64,000 bases of DNA from Nitrospira sp. (GTDB lineage: Bacteria; Nitrospirota; Nitrospiria; Nitrospirales; Nitrospiraceae), in NCBI GenBank assembly GCA_047150005.1, contig AP038806.1:1120001-1184000 (forward strand). The letters are read 5' to 3'. Numbering within the stretch: position 1 is the stretch's first letter; each line of letters begins with the position of its first letter. Positions 26,835 through 37,884 of this stretch are shown piece after piece. The translations under genes were made by a program, and so were the position numbers. The notes under the pieces are model-generated. The model worked only from the letters and a program-made list of their open reading frames with translations, made no database searches and was not told where the DNA came from.

Positions 26835-27698
26835 TCATCCATACGCTGGGAAATAGTCGCCGAAGATCTTTTTCCACTCGCCAAAAGCGGCTTCAATGCG
26901 CCCATTGGACTCAAAGGCCTCAGCCTTGATAGCTCGATCATGCGTTGTCGAAAATCTACTCAAAGCGTCTTCGACCGTGCCAACTGTATTGAGCGGATTG
27001 ATGTGGCCACCAAATCCAGCAGGATCGGCGATCTTATAACGAACCTTCTCGCGAGCTTTATCGAATACGAAACGAACGCCGCTTGAAAAGTTCGAAATTG
27101 TGACATTATTCAAAATATCCTGAGTCATAAGTTCCAAGTAAAAGCCCACAAACGCATCATTAATTATTCTATTCCAGCCCTTGATCATTTTTACGAGAGG
27201 GACAAGATCCCCTCCATGACGACCGTTTGCTTCGGAAAGTTTAGAATCATGAACGGTCGGATCAGTAGAGAGCCATGCCCCTCCGATGGAATCTGGAATC
27301 AGGTAGCCACCGTCTTTCCGATAAAAGGCTGGAACAACATCAACAGTGAAGTCGGTGAAGATGATGGTCACCGCTTGGCCATTTCGACTGATCTTCGGAG
27401 TATTGGGATAGGTCTCGAGCAAAACCGTTCGGACCTTATCGAGCAAGCCTGCTGGCGTGAATGCTTTAAAGTATTGAGGATCTAAGACAACGAAAACGTC
27501 CACATCTGAGGACTTCAAAGGAGCGATCATCGTAGATCGCTTGTAGGATCCTGATAAAAACGATGTGAGAACAGTTAGCCTTTGCTCAACAGCCGTACGA
27601 ATATTTGTCTGGCGAGTCGATACAGTTGTGGCCTGAAGCCCGGTTATCTCCAGATTTGCCCGGAGCTGCTCGAAACCAGCTGTTATTGTCTTTGCCAT
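26835..27698 (-). CDS. SMODS / CD-NTase nucleotidyltransferase (CBASS cyclase)
   Basis: SGSYKRSTMI..LKSSDVDVF, VDVVPAF, YLIPD...WLSTDP, LVKMIKGWN, DPAG. Confidence 0.85.
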   Translation of the reverse strand: MAKTITAGFEQLRANLEITGLQATTVSTRQTNIRTAVEQRLTVLTSFLSGSYKRSTMIAPLKSSDVDVFVVLDPQYFKAFTPAGLLDKVRTVLLETYPNTPKISRNGQAVTIIFTDFTVDVVPAFYRKDGGYLIPDSIGGAWLSTDPTVHDSKLSEANGRHGGDLVPLVKMIKGWNRIINDAFVGFYLELMTQDILNNVTISNFSSGVRFVFDKAREKVRYKIADPAGFGGHINPLNTVGTVEDALSRFSTTHDRAIKAEAFESNGRIEAAFGEWKKIFGDYFPAYG

Positions 27699-27771
27699 TC
27701 CCTTCCAATGCTGCCGGTGCGTCCTTCATTTGGGAGAGGAGCAGAGAATCTATTCGTGAGGTACGTGGAGA

Positions 27772-28146
27772 CTATTGATATTCGACGACTGCGGCAATTG
27801 CGGCCACAAGTTCTTCCATCACCGTCGATGGCAGATTCCCAAACTTCTTCATAAACCGGGAAGTATCCACTCCCCTTAGTTGCAGGGCATCGATAGAAGA
27901 AGTCTTTGAGAGGCCGTTCCTGCCGTCAGGATCAATCCGGACATGCCAGATGCTTCCCTTGAAATGATCCTTCCATTCGGTAATGGGGGCGATAAGCCTG
28001 AGAGGAAGTCGACCCAGCGCATCAGAACTGACTATGACAGCTGGCCGTGTTTTCTTTATCTCAGACCCCACGGTCGGGTCTAAGTTGACGAGCCAGATTT
28101 CGCCGCGCTTAGGCGATGGCGGGTTAGTACTCAACGAAGTCTCCAC
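27772..28146 (-). CDS. MazF/PemK-family endoribonuclease toxin
   Basis: RGEIWLVNLDPTVGSEIKKTRPAVIVS, APIT, NGL..S...Q.R.VD; true start may be TTG 28134. Confidence 0.92.
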   Translation of the reverse strand: METSLSTNPPSPKRGEIWLVNLDPTVGSEIKKTRPAVIVSSDALGRLPLRLIAPITEWKDHFKGSIWHVRIDPDGRNGLSKTSSIDALQLRGVDTSRFMKKFGNLPSTVMEELVAAIAAVVEYQ

Positions 28147-29314
28147 TCTGGAGATCGCTTCTGTCTGCGCCCTCCGAATAGTGTGACTTCAGTTTTTCTG
28201 CTTGCTCAGACAGAATCCGTCTGCGCTCTTCAAGCGGCAACTTCATGAAGGCTCGTCGTTCAATCAGGGTGAGCGGCTCCTCGACATCAAGAGACTCGCC
28301 AAGCAACCTTTCCACTTCTTCACGGCTAATCAGTCCCTCCGCATAGGCTCGAAGCGCTGTTTGCCGAAGCCATTGTGATTGCTCAGGTTCCAATTCACCA
28401 GGCTCTTTCCGTTTCCATTTCAATCGGTTTATGAGCATCATCCAATGCCGGTAGTATCCCTCTGAGATGATGTCCAAATCGAACAGTCGTCGAACAAGAG
28501 CTTGCACGCTCATTCCAAATCGCTTCTTAAAAAGCAGCAGTTCTTCACTAAGAATGGTGTCCCGCTTAGTACCAATCTCACGATAGACCACTTGTGCGGG
28601 AGCAAGGAAGGCTGCTCCAAACCGGAATGCCGCCTTTTCCTCATCAATGTTATGCCCTATCTTCAAGACAAGATGGCCTAATTCATGCGCAAGGCTCAGT
28701 CGCTGCCGCTCTCCAGACACGCCTTTGGACGTGACGAGGCCTGCTGCTTGAGTCTGGGTGGCTTCATCGACCGCCACCGCGCAAATGCCATCAAACTTGT
28801 CGATGGCATCAATCTCGATGACATGAATGTGATGATCTTCGAGCATACCAACCATGCTTGAAATTTGATCCTGCCCGAGTTTCCAATTCGTACGCAATTC
28901 TTCAGCAGCCCGCTCAGTATCTTCTATCTTTGAAATACGATGTGCGTGGATCGGCAAATGATTCCCGTTCGGCCATCCTGTCATGGCCTGAAGATTCACT
29001 CGATCCTCCAAGACCTCCGTCACAAGGCTCTCAATTCTTTCCTGATCTTTCTTGGGTAAAGTCGAAGCCTTTCTATAGCCGATGAACTTAACACTGACTT
29101 GAGGCTCTCTCAGAAAATAAGACGCCTTAACCTTAAAGGTATCGGCAAGCTTGTTCAGAACAATTGGCGATGGGCTAGCCTTCGCACACTCATATTTTGA
29201 AAGCGCCTGCTTTGTTACAACATGGCCCATGGACGCAACAAGCGCATCTAGCGAAAGGCCTCGCGACATCCGTAGTCGCTTCAGACGATGAGCGATGGTT
29301 TCTTGATGAGACAT
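28124..29314 (-). CDS. Xre-HTH + ImmA/IrrE peptidase fusion with antitoxin-like C-terminal extension
   Basis: RLKRLR..RGLSL..L, TKQALSKYE, RQRLSLAHELGH, E..AFRFGAAFLAP; tail ERRAFMKLPLEERRRIL...GDFVEY overlaps mazF start. Confidence 0.85.
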   Translation of the reverse strand: MSHQETIAHRLKRLRMSRGLSLDALVASMGHVVTKQALSKYECAKASPSPIVLNKLADTFKVKASYFLREPQVSVKFIGYRKASTLPKKDQERIESLVTEVLEDRVNLQAMTGWPNGNHLPIHAHRISKIEDTERAAEELRTNWKLGQDQISSMVGMLEDHHIHVIEIDAIDKFDGICAVAVDEATQTQAAGLVTSKGVSGERQRLSLAHELGHLVLKIGHNIDEEKAAFRFGAAFLAPAQVVYREIGTKRDTILSEELLLFKKRFGMSVQALVRRLFDLDIISEGYYRHWMMLINRLKWKRKEPGELEPEQSQWLRQTALRAYAEGLISREEVERLLGESLDVEEPLTLIERRAFMKLPLEERRRILSEQAEKLKSHYSEGADRSDLQSGDFVEY

Positions 29315-29326
29315 AGATACAAGTGA

Positions 29327-29365
29327 GGTTGACAAAATATAACAAATATTGTGTATTTGTCAACC
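29327..29365 (-). promoter_or_regulatory. Promoter/operator of the Xre-ImmA-MazF-CBASS operon
   Basis: Perfect 10-bp IR GGTTGACAAA-N19-TTTGTCAACC; minus strand TTGACA-16 bp-TATATT with a TG extension. Confidence 0.65.
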
Positions 29366-29576
29366 CCGAAAAGACTCTGACGCGTTGAGATTCACGAACT
29401 TTGGGAGAGACCCTGTACAGAATACCCTGTGCTAAATTTGTGCTAAAAATCATCAGAAACGGTCTATCTCAACAGAATCAGTCGAATTAATAGAAAGCGA
29501 TCAAGCTGCTGTTTCGTAAGCGAAAACTGGGGAAACCGTTGCAACAGCGAGCCTTTCGAAAAATGCCCTGTTTGCG

Positions 29577-29621
29577 CTCTTAATCAGCGGGCCGTAGGTT
29601 CGACCCCTACACGGCCCACCA
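29577..29621 (+). repeat. attR core (duplicated 3' half of tRNA-Lys)
   Basis: 45/45 identity with 12234-12278. Confidence 0.95.
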
Positions 29622-29859
29622 AACCAAGCTCGCTCGTGCCGTGGGCTCTTCAGGCGCAGCCTCTCTTCTATTGACGCCCGCGGATAAACCCCTCAGTAAT
29701 CCGAGTTCTAGCTTGCGCGTGCCGGCGACTCGTTATCGTCATTGATGTCGGCAGATCCTGGCATTGCCCCTCACCGTGGCTTTGTAACCTTTCTTTGAAA
29801 GCCTGCCTTCGCAGGTTGACGGTAGTGGGTCAGTTTGCCATCCGAAGCATTGTAGTGTG

Positions 29860-30870
29860 TCATTCCCGCGGAAGCGGGAAGGTGGAGTCACATTTGAAGT
29901 GCAACAGATCACGAGTAAACACCTCGGCCGGTGTCTCATAGTCGAGACACTTGCGCGGGGTGTGATTATACGCCCGCACCAGCGCCAGCAAGCGGCGGGT
30001 GGAGAGCGTGGCCAAGTCAGTTTTCCGGGGGAGGGCACGGCGCATCCGGCCGATACCGTTTTCGATACCCCCTTTTTGCCACGGGGCATGCGGGTCACAA
30101 AAGTAGGTGCGCATGCCGAGCGGGTGCAGCTGATCGTGATACGCGAACTCCGTGCCGTTATCGAACGTGATGGTCCGGCGCAGGGCCGGAGGCAGGGCGG
30201 CAAACAGCGCCGTGAGTCGGGCGGCCACCGGCTGGGCCCCCTTCGTGGGTTGCCGGCTGGCCACCAACACGCGCGAGCGGCGTTCCTGCGTCACCAGGAC
30301 CGCCTGGCCATATTTCGCAAACAGCATCAGATCGGCCTCCCAATGGCCAGGGTCCTGCCGCTGCTGGATCGCCGCCGGTCGCTCGCTAATGGGGACGCGG
30401 CTGCGGATGTGGTCCACGGCACTGCCGCCTTTGCGCCCCCGCCACCCGCGTTTGCTTTTGCCCCGCGGCAAATAATGCCGCCAGCGATAGTCTTTCGTCC
30501 GGCGGATCTGGCTGGCGATGAAGCGGTAGATCGACTCGGAGCTGATGCGCAGCGCGCAGCCGTCGCGCTTGAGCCGGCCGGCGACTTGAGCGGGCGACCA
30601 GCCCTGCCCCAACCAGCGCAGGACGTGGGCCTGCAGCGCCGGTTGCCGGAGCAGACGACTCCCGCGCCAGCGGCGGCTGCGGGTCTGCTCCTGGGCATAG
30701 GCAGGCGCATAGCCCACCTGGGCGCCGCGATTGCGCCTCAGTTCCCGCAGAATGGTCGATGGCGCGCGATCCAGAGCTGCTGCAATTTGGCGGATGGTTT
30801 GCCCGGCTTCGCGAGCCCGGGCAATCGTACACCGGTCTTCCAAGGAGAGCTGCGCATAGTGTCGTCCCAT
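29860..30870 (-). CDS. IS30-family transposase
   Basis: IAAALDRAPSTILRELRRN, WSPAQ, GHWEADL, TITFDNGTEF, PWQKGGIEN, PRKCL. Confidence 0.95.
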   Translation of the reverse strand: MGRHYAQLSLEDRCTIARAREAGQTIRQIAAALDRAPSTILRELRRNRGAQVGYAPAYAQEQTRSRRWRGSRLLRQPALQAHVLRWLGQGWSPAQVAGRLKRDGCALRISSESIYRFIASQIRRTKDYRWRHYLPRGKSKRGWRGRKGGSAVDHIRSRVPISERPAAIQQRQDPGHWEADLMLFAKYGQAVLVTQERRSRVLVASRQPTKGAQPVAARLTALFAALPPALRRTITFDNGTEFAYHDQLHPLGMRTYFCDPHAPWQKGGIENGIGRMRRALPRKTDLATLSTRRLLALVRAYNHTPRKCLDYETPAEVFTRDLLHFKCDSTFPLPRE

Positions 30871-30917
30871 TGCAACACCTTACCCCACAGGTGTTGCACT
30901 TCGTTTGTGAATCTAGG
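29881..30917 (-). mobile_element. IS30-family insertion sequence
   Basis: Imperfect IRs ggagtcacatttgaagtgcaaca (29884-29906) / tgttgcacttcgtttgtgaatct (30892-30914); GAA duplicated at the flanks. Confidence 0.85.
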
Positions 30918-31093
30918 GAATCAAGCCAAGGCCTGCTCCTCAGCATTGAGTCTTGATCGAGACTGGATGCCCGCCTTCGCGGGCATGACGCAAGAGGACA
31001 CTGACCCACTACCTTCCCTTCTCGGCACTTGTCGGCACATAGCATTCCTCCTACAATACCATCCCCGCCAGCCGAGCCAACCAGGCGGACTGT

Positions 31094-31293
31094 ATGTCGC
31101 TTACCATTACAACCTGGAATGTCCAAAATTTTACACGCAATGATGCGGTGTACGCGGACAAACTGAACTACATCGCTACGACGATATTGCACTCGGATCC
31201 GATATTGTCGCTCTCCAAGAAATATTGGACCAAAGAGCATTGAAAGATCTGGCAAACGGCGTAGGCTTTAACAATGATGAGGATTCGGTTTAA
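31094..31293 (+). pseudogene. Frameshifted N-terminal fragment of an endonuclease/exonuclease/phosphatase-family gene
   Basis: MSLTITTWNVQNF..., then in a shifted frame LGSDIVALQEI...stop. Confidence 0.6.
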
Positions 31294-31618
31294 GGTGATC
31301 CGCAGTATTGTGAAGGCCAGTGGAGTGTGCACGAGAGAATTTCAGGCGAGAACCAAAGAAGCGTGGATCAAAGACGGAGAAGCCTTGCCCAGACTGATAC
31401 AAAACGAGCTTACGCGGATAGGATGACAATCGGATCGGTAGATGGTGAGGAGTATGGAGTCGGCCTTGAATCGCGAGACGATATGAACTACTACATCGGA
31501 TTGAAGGAAAAGTGCTGGACGCACGTCGAGAAGATCAAGGATCAGATTGTGGCGAAGTAGAAGTGCCTGCGGGATGGTTTAGACGTGACATCGACATGAA
31601 CAATTGGGGGAACATACC

Positions 31619-31918
31619 ATGCAGATGGTCTTCATGACGTTTCGCTCATCCATGGAAGACGAAGTGCTCAAGTGGCTGGAGGCAGAACGCGTCTCCTTTT
31701 CTTTTGTGCAAAAGGTGCATGGACAAGGCGTGACGGGAAAGGCTCCTAGCTCAATTTACTTTGGCGGTAGCAACACAATGCTGTTTGCGGGAATTCAAGA
31801 TGAGCAGCTCAGTGGCTTCCGGGAACGCCTTCAGAACCTGCAACGGACGCTCAGTGGAGAAGGCAAGGTGCAAGTTCCCTTTCATGCCTTCGTCCTGCCT
31901 TGCATCCAGTGGTTCTAG
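31619..31918 (+). CDS. Small PII-like (PG0541-type) protein
   Basis: 99 aa, VHGQGVTG, HAFVLPC pattern. Confidence 0.55.
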   Translation: MQMVFMTFRSSMEDEVLKWLEAERVSFSFVQKVHGQGVTGKAPSSIYFGGSNTMLFAGIQDEQLSGFRERLQNLQRTLSGEGKVQVPFHAFVLPCIQWF

Positions 31919-31974
31919 CGTCTCGTCCAGAATAGAATGCGTCACCTTCTCCTTCGCCAACGGCACACGATCCA

Positions 31975-32110
31975 CAAAGGTTTGCCACGGTCCAACCGGT
32001 GCTCTGCTCGGTCCCAGTTGCCGGCACAGGTCGCGGATGGGAGTTCCGGACTCGACCTGCAGGAGGGTATAGACGATCTGTTCTCGGGGAACGCCGTCTT
32101 ACGCCGAGAC
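31975..32110 (-). pseudogene. IS3-family OrfA remnant
   Basis: RRKTAFPE / frameshift / EQIVYTLLQVESGTPIRDLCRQLG...W. Confidence 0.55.
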
Positions 32111-32304
32111 AAGGAGATTGCGACATTCTTCAATATGCTTCTTCACTTTACCTGGCAAGGCTTTTTCTGCGGTCCCTATGCACGTATTTTGTCTGTCCTG
32201 GAAACCCGCGCCCTTACTGTCCCGCGGCGGCGCAGTATGGCGGTTCTTTCAGATCGCAGCAAGGAACTATCTCATGGACCTGATTCCACCTCGTATCGGA
32301 TGAG

Positions 32305-33213
32305 TCAGTGCTGGGTTGTCTGCTTCCTCGGCAGTCCGGCATCGTGGGCGGCTCCCAACGCCATCGCAGCCCAGTCGAGGTGGCCCCGCCCTTGGGCCAC
32401 CAAAGCGAGAAACCGATCACGCAATAGACTCGCGAGAGGCATGGGCACAGTGCTGTCGGCTGCCGTCTGCAAGACCAGATTGATATCCTTCAATCCCAGC
32501 GACAGCGTAAATCCAGCCGGCTGGTAGCGCTCCTGCGCGATCGTTTCTCCATAGGTCTGATAGGCCGGGCAGGCGAACAGTGTCTGTGCGAGCATGGAAG
32601 CTAGTTTGCCCCGGTCGATCCCGTTCTTTTCAGCAAACGTAAGCGCCTCTCCGAGCGCTTCGATTGCGGAAGCTAAGAGAAAGTTCCCAGCGAGCTTGAC
32701 CACATTGGCCGCTTCCGGTTCTTGCCCGAAATCGAAGACCCCTTGCCCCAGCGCACGCAGGATCGGCTGCACCCGGTCTTTGGCCGCCTGAGGTCCTGAG
32801 AGACAGACCCACAGTTTCCTTGCCGCCGCCGCTTCCGGACGCCCAAAGACCGGGGCTGCGACGTAAGCGGTTCGGTACTTGCCATGGTCTTCGGCAAGGC
32901 GACGTGCGGTTGCCGGGGATATGGTGCTCATGGAAAGATGCACGCCGCCTGGCCCCAAGCGTTCCAGAATTCCTCTCTCGCCGTACACGATGTTCTCGAC
33001 CGCCCGGTCGTCGGCCAACATGGTCAGCACGATGCCGCCCGGCTCGGCCGTGTCATTCGGACGGGACATCAGTGCCGCCCCCTGCGCGAGCAAGGAGGCC
33101 GCCTTTTCCGGCGTGCGATTGTAGAGGTGGAGCCGATAACCGGCCTTGAGGAGGTTACCGGCCATCGCTCGTCCCATGTTCCCCAGCCCGATAAACCCGA
33201 TGAGGTCTGACAT
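32305..33213 (-). CDS. NAD(P)-dependent oxidoreductase (beta-hydroxyacid dehydrogenase family)
   Basis: GFIGLGNMG, YNRT, SMSTISP, APVFG, VKLAGN, KDI. Confidence 0.9.
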   Translation of the reverse strand: MSDLIGFIGLGNMGRAMAGNLLKAGYRLHLYNRTPEKAASLLAQGAALMSRPNDTAEPGGIVLTMLADDRAVENIVYGERGILERLGPGGVHLSMSTISPATARRLAEDHGKYRTAYVAAPVFGRPEAAAARKLWVCLSGPQAAKDRVQPILRALGQGVFDFGQEPEAANVVKLAGNFLLASAIEALGEALTFAEKNGIDRGKLASMLAQTLFACPAYQTYGETIAQERYQPAGFTLSLGLKDINLVLQTAADSTVPMPLASLLRDRFLALVAQGRGHLDWAAMALGAAHDAGLPRKQTTQH

Positions 33214-33252
33214 CTGTTCAATCACCTTCCTGCGATTCCGCGGCCTGCTCTC

Positions 33253-34464
<1,212 letters not shown>

Positions 34465-34533
34465 TCAAGTCCATGGAGGATGTTGTAGGTAGTTGGCGTT
34501 TCATGCAAGCCATCGGTGGCGGAGGCGTGGCGC

Positions 34534-36255
34534 TCATCGGAACAAGTTGCTTTTTGCGAGGTCGATAATTTTGTCGCCCCGTCCGTTGAGCACCGCCTTG
34601 ATCATGTAGAGACTAAAGCCGATCATCTGACCCACCTCTATGGACGGCGGCAGGGCAAGCTCCTGTCGGTTCACGAGCACCTCGACAAGCGCCGGGCCGT
34701 TGTGTTTGAGCGCCTCGACGATCATGGGACGCACCTGCTCCGGCGTCTCGGCCGTCAGGCCCAGCAGCCCCGCCGCCTCGGCCATCTTCGCGAAATCCGG
34801 ATTGTGAAGGTCCGTGGCGAAATCCAGAAACCCCGCCGCTTTCATTTCAAGCTCCACGAAGCCGAGCGAGTCGTTTTTGAAGACGACCAGTTTGACGGGC
34901 AATTCCAGCTGCCGGAGAGACAGCAGGTCCCCAAGGAGCATGGCCAACCCGCCATCTCCCGATAACGTGATCACCTGGCGGCTCGGATGGCTCAGCTGCG
35001 CCCCAATGGCTTGCGGCAGCGCATTGGCCATCGAGCCATGTGCGAAAGACCCAAGGAGTCGCCGCTTGCCGTTCATCGTCAGGTATCGCGCCGCCCAAAT
35101 CGTCGGCGTGCCGACGTCGCAGGCAAAAATGGCATCGTCCGAGGTGACCTCATCGAGCACCTTGGCGACATATTGTGGATGGATCGGCGTTCGCCCCGGT
35201 TCCCCCGACGCCAGGTCATCAAGCCCTTGGCGCGCCGTCTGGTAATGACGAAGCGAGTCGTTCAAATGCTTGCCGTCTTGTTTCTGGTTGAGCCGAGGCA
35301 AGAGGGCCGTGAGCGTGGTCTTCACATCACCGACCAGGCCGAGATCCACCCTGGTCCGCCGGCCGATCTGTTCACCGCGAACATCGATCTGGATGATCGT
35401 AGCCCTTTCCGGATAGAACTGCTGATATGGGAAGTCGGTTCCCAGCATCAGCAGCGTCTCGCACTCCATCATGGCATAGTAGCCGGAGGCGAAGCCGAGC
35501 AGTCCCGTCATGCCAACGTCGAACGGATTGTCGTATTCGATGAACTCCTTGCCGCGCATGGCGTGCACGATCGGGGCCTGCAGCTTGCCCGCCACGTCCA
35601 TCAATTGATCGTGAGCGCCGGCGCAGCCGGCCCCGCCGAGAATCGTGATCTTTCGCACGTCGTTCAACACATCCGCCAATCTGTCAAGCTCGCCGTCGGA
35701 CGGGCGAACAGTCGGCGTTGCGGCTGCAAATTTCAGGCGTGGTTCGCTCACAGCGGCAGGCTGCAAGGCGATGTCGCCCGGCAGGACCACCACTGCGACA
35801 CCGCGGCGTGACCGCGCAGTCTGCACCGCAATCTCGAGGATACGAGGCATCTGCTCCGCGTTCGACACCAACTCGCAATAGTGGCTACACTCGCGGAACA
35901 GATGCTCCGGATGGGTCTCCTGGAAATAGCCGCTGCCGATCTCGCGGCTCGGAATGTGCGCCGCGATCGCCAGGACCGGGACACGGCTGCGGTGCGCATC
36001 GTAGAGCCCGTTAATCAGATGGAGATTGCCCGGCCCGCAGCTTCCGGCGCATACGGCCAAGTGTCCCGTCAAATGCGCCTCGGCCCCGGCCGCAAACGCC
36101 GCCGTCTCTTCGTGTCGCACGGGAATCCATCGAATATCGCCACTCTTGCGGATGGCATCCGTGATGCCATTGAGGGAGTCGCCGGCAACGCCGTACACTC
36201 TCTGCACCCCGGCAAGAGCCAACGTTGACACCAAGAGTTCCGCGACTGTGCCCAT
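34534..36255 (-). CDS. poxB: Pyruvate dehydrogenase (ubiquinone) / pyruvate oxidase
   Basis: GDSLNG, RHEETAAFAA, GSCGPGNLHLINGL, YFQETHP, GDGG TPP motif. Confidence 0.93.
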   Translation of the reverse strand: MGTVAELLVSTLALAGVQRVYGVAGDSLNGITDAIRKSGDIRWIPVRHEETAAFAAGAEAHLTGHLAVCAGSCGPGNLHLINGLYDAHRSRVPVLAIAAHIPSREIGSGYFQETHPEHLFRECSHYCELVSNAEQMPRILEIAVQTARSRRGVAVVVLPGDIALQPAAVSEPRLKFAAATPTVRPSDGELDRLADVLNDVRKITILGGAGCAGAHDQLMDVAGKLQAPIVHAMRGKEFIEYDNPFDVGMTGLLGFASGYYAMMECETLLMLGTDFPYQQFYPERATIIQIDVRGEQIGRRTRVDLGLVGDVKTTLTALLPRLNQKQDGKHLNDSLRHYQTARQGLDDLASGEPGRTPIHPQYVAKVLDEVTSDDAIFACDVGTPTIWAARYLTMNGKRRLLGSFAHGSMANALPQAIGAQLSHPSRQVITLSGDGGLAMLLGDLLSLRQLELPVKLVVFKNDSLGFVELEMKAAGFLDFATDLHNPDFAKMAEAAGLLGLTAETPEQVRPMIVEALKHNGPALVEVLVNRQELALPPSIEVGQMIGFSLYMIKAVLNGRGDKIIDLAKSNLFR

Positions 36256-36267
36256 GTGAAGGGTCTC

Positions 36268-37458
36268 CTATGCGGCCTTCTTCAGGCTGCCATGCGGATC
36301 AATGACAAATTTCTTGGCGGCTCCTTTGTCGAAGTCCTGGTAGCCCTGGGGAGCCTGGTCCAACGTAATGACCTGCACGTTGACGGCTTTCGCAATCTGG
36401 ATCCGGTCGTGGAGGATGGCCATCATCAAGCCGCGGTTGTACTTCATGACCGGCGCTTGGCCGGTGAAGAACGCGTGCGATTTGGCCCATCCGAGGCCGA
36501 AGCGAAGGATAAGATTGCCGGTTTGTGCGTCGCGGTCTTTTGCTCCTGGGTCCTCAGTGACATACAGACCCGGAATGCCAATCGCGCCTGCTGCACGCGT
36601 CACATCCATCAACTGGTTCAGCACGACGGCAGGTTGATCCGCCCCGCCGTGCCCCTTCGCTTCAAACCCCACGCAATCAACGGCACAGTCCACTTCAGGC
36701 ACCCGGAGGATCTGCTCGATACGCTCTATGATCGTCCCGCCTTCCGACAGATCAATCGTTTCGCATCCAAACGACCGCGCCTGTACAAGACGCTCCTTGT
36801 TGAAGTCGGTGACAATGACCACCGCGGCTCCCAGAAGGAAGGCGGAGGCTGCCGCGGCAAGCCCCACCGGCCCGGCGCCGGAAATCAGAACAGTGGAGCC
36901 GGTCGTCACACCGGCAGTGATGCACCCGTGATACCCGGTGGGCAGGATGTCGCTCAAGCAGGTCAGATCACGGATCTTCGCCATCGCCTGAACCTTATCC
37001 GGGAATTTGAGGAGATTGAAATCGGCATAGGGCACCATGACGTAATCGGCTTGCCCGCCGATCCATCCGCCCATATCCACATACCCATACGCGCCCCCGG
37101 GCCGCGACGGATTCACATTCAGACACACGCCCGTGTAGCGCTCTTTACAGAGCCGACAACGCCCGCAGGCAATGTTGAACGGAACCGACACGAGGTCTCC
37201 GACTTTGATGAACTCCACATCGCGTCCGGCTTCGATTACCTCACCCGTAATCTCATGACCCAAAATAAGTCCGATGGGCGCTGTGGTGCGACCTCTCACC
37301 ATATGCTGGTCGCTTCCGCAAATGTTGGTGGAGACGATTTTTAGGATTACGCCGTGCTCGCATTTCCTCCCGCCGGGCCCGACCAATTTTGGGAAGTCGA
37401 TGGCTTTCACTTCGACCTTTCCAGGCCCCATATAGGCAACGCCACGATTGTTGGCCAT
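36268..37458 (-). CDS. fdhA: Glutathione-independent formaldehyde dehydrogenase
   Basis: TNICGSDQHMVRGRT, GHEITG, CGRCRLC, GYVDMGGW, GLYVTEDPGA. Confidence 0.92.
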   Translation of the reverse strand: MANNRGVAYMGPGKVEVKAIDFPKLVGPGGRKCEHGVILKIVSTNICGSDQHMVRGRTTAPIGLILGHEITGEVIEAGRDVEFIKVGDLVSVPFNIACGRCRLCKERYTGVCLNVNPSRPGGAYGYVDMGGWIGGQADYVMVPYADFNLLKFPDKVQAMAKIRDLTCLSDILPTGYHGCITAGVTTGSTVLISGAGPVGLAAAASAFLLGAAVVIVTDFNKERLVQARSFGCETIDLSEGGTIIERIEQILRVPEVDCAVDCVGFEAKGHGGADQPAVVLNQLMDVTRAAGAIGIPGLYVTEDPGAKDRDAQTGNLILRFGLGWAKSHAFFTGQAPVMKYNRGLMMAILHDRIQIAKAVNVQVITLDQAPQGYQDFDKGAAKKFVIDPHGSLKKAA

Positions 37459-37485
37459 GGTGTATTCCTCCTCCTCGTTCACACT

Positions 37486-37884
37486 TCATTTACAGGCCGC
37501 AGCGCCGGCTTCTGCCACGGCATGATCCTGCTCGCCCGAACCGCCGCTCACGCCGATGGCGCCGACGATCTTCCCGTCTCGTTTGAGCGGAACGCCGCCC
37601 GCAAAGATCATGATGCGGCCGTCGTTGGACGCATGAATCCCGAAGAACTGGCCACCCGACTGAGAGTGTGCCGCCAGATCTTTCGTGGCAATATCGAAGG
37701 CTCGCGACGTGAAGGCCTTCTTGATGGAAATATCAATGCTGCCGATCCAAGCCCCATCCATCCGCACGTGCGCGATTAAATTCCCCCCGGCGTCGGCGAC
37801 CGCGATGTTCATGGGTTGGCCGAGCTCCATCGCCTTCTTCTCGGCAGCGGCGATAATGCCTCTTGCATCGTTAAGCGTCATCAT
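37486..37884 (-). CDS. GlcG/HbpS-family heme-binding protein
   Basis: IAVADAGG, RMDGA, KAFTS, GGVPL...GAIGVSGGS..QD. Confidence 0.9.
   Translation of the reverse strand: MMTLNDARGIIAAAEKKAMELGQPMNIAVADAGGNLIAHVRMDGAWIGSIDISIKKAFTSRAFDIATKDLAAHSQSGGQFFGIHASNDGRIMIFAGGVPLKRDGKIVGAIGVSGGSGEQDHAVAEAGAAACK

Larger units (their letters stand above)
29821..31013. mobile_element. MITE-like element carrying an inverted REP pair, interrupted by IS30
   Basis: Perfect 14-bp TIR ggtagtgggtcagt / actgacccactacc; REP halves at 29859-29880(+30921 on) and 30963-30989. Confidence 0.6.

Noticed and set aside
29577..29621. Second tRNA-Lys gene
   Set aside because: Only the 3' 45 nt are present, with no D-arm or 5' acceptor strand; it is attR
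29857..31143. 428-aa plus-strand ORF
   Set aside because: Antisense to the IS30 transposase
31327..31560. 77-aa ORF after the EEP fragment
   Set aside because: No recognisable family or clear start; probably debris
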